Source: Peptococcaceae bacterium
GTDB taxonomy: Bacteria; Bacillota; Dehalobacteriia; UBA4068; UBA4997
Assembly (NCBI GenBank): GCA_019421315.1
Contig: JAHZFN010000279.1
Span: forward strand, 3,441-31,822
Direction of reading: 5' to 3'
DNA length: 28,382 bases
Made by a program: the position numbers and the translations under genes. The notes below the pieces were generated by a model that worked only from the letters and a program-made list of their open reading frames with translations, was not told where the DNA came from and made no database searches. Every line of letters starts with the position of its first letter. Position 1 is the stretch's first letter. Positions 27,525-28,382 of this stretch are shown piece after piece.

Positions 27525-28337
27525 ATGGAACGCAAAACGGAAAAAAAAGCGGTGAAAAACAGACCAAAAAGCGAAAACAGCGGAGAAACAATAAAAATTT
27601 ATCAAAAAACGGCGGAAAAAGCGGGAATAAAAGCGGCAGAAAATGCTGAGGAAAACCCGAGGGAGGACGGCAACTCGGCGGAAACCAACGAGGAAAAAGC
27701 CAAAGCCATCAATGAGCTGGGCGCAACGGAGGTTCCCGATTTGGAAAGCGACATTCACGTTATAACCATCATCGGCGAAATCGAGGGGCATATGGCTATG
27801 CCCGAAAACAACAAAACCACAAAATACGAGCATATAATTCCGCAGCTGGTTGCCGTGGAGGAAAGCAAAACCATCAAGGGGCTTTTGATAGTTTTGAATA
27901 CGGTGGGCGGCGATGTTGAGGCGGGGCTTGCCATTGCGGAGATGATTGCTTCCATGAGCAAACCCACGGTTTCGCTGGTTTTGGGCGGCGGGCACAGCAT
28001 AGGTGTTCCCATTGCTGTGGCATCGGGCAAATCCTTTATTGCGCCCACGGCAACCATGACCATTCATCCCGTGCGGCTGACGGGCATGGTAATCGGCGTA
28101 CCCCAAAGCTTCGATTATATCGAAAAAATGCAGGACAGAGTTATCAGCTTTATAACGGCACACTCTAATATTTCCGCTGAGCAGTTCAAAAAATATATGA
28201 TGAATACCGGCGAGCTGACCAGAGATATCGGCACCATTGTGGTGGGGCAGGCAGCCGTTGACAGCGGGTTGATTGACGAGGTGGGCGGTTTGAAAGAGGC
28301 TCTGGGCGCTTTGCACGGCATGATCGGCGGCAAATAA
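27525..28337 (+). CDS. tepA: ClpP-like protease / translocation-enhancing protein TepA (YmfB)
   Basis: [45 protein letters not shown] and TMTIHPVR motifs; RBS AAGGAG. Confidence 0.9.
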   Translation: MERKTEKKAVKNRPKSENSGETIKIYQKTAEKAGIKAAENAEENPREDGNSAETNEEKAKAINELGATEVPDLESDIHVITIIGEIEGHMAMPENNKTTKYEHIIPQLVAVEESKTIKGLLIVLNTVGGDVEAGLAIAEMIASMSKPTVSLVLGGGHSIGVPIAVASGKSFIAPTATMTIHPVRLTGMVIGVPQSFDYIEKMQDRVISFITAHSNISAEQFKKYMMNTGELTRDIGTIVVGQAAVDSGLIDEVGGLKEALGALHGMIGGK

Positions 28338-28382
28338 TAATTTTTTAATAAATTTTTTACTGATTTTTACTGCGAAAGCAAA

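Overview
28.4-kb chromosomal window from an endospore-forming Firmicute (Clostridia-like; taxonomy inferred from spoIVFA/spoIVFB/tepA and gene order). Left part: the 3' end of a SpoIIE-like phosphatase, an [FeFe]-hydrogenase-family gene, spoIVFA-spoIVFB, a TIGR03960 radical SAM gene (with an in-frame TAG inside a short, heavily substituted patch), a TIGR03936 gene, RNase E/G and tRNA-Pro(GGG). A ~2.9-kb degraded prophage is integrated at the tRNA 3' end, between 14-bp att repeats. Its integrase, ImmA/IrrE anti-repressor and cro are destroyed, while the XRE repressor, four palindromic operators, both switch promoters and a secreted copper-amine-oxidase-N-domain gene are intact. Next come a MalT-like LuxR regulator, tspO and a MATE transporter, then the conserved rimP-nusA-ylxR-ylxQ-infB-rbfA-nrnA-truB-ribF-rpsO cluster and tepA. 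The most notable non-coding signals are: a 256-nt rod-like palindromic element after rpsO with a half copy 20 kb away upstream of RNase G; a second, unrelated 145-nt rod-like palindrome; and a near-identical sigmaE-like promoter motif shared by spoIVFA and tspO. All calls come from reading the sequence by eye; no searches were run.
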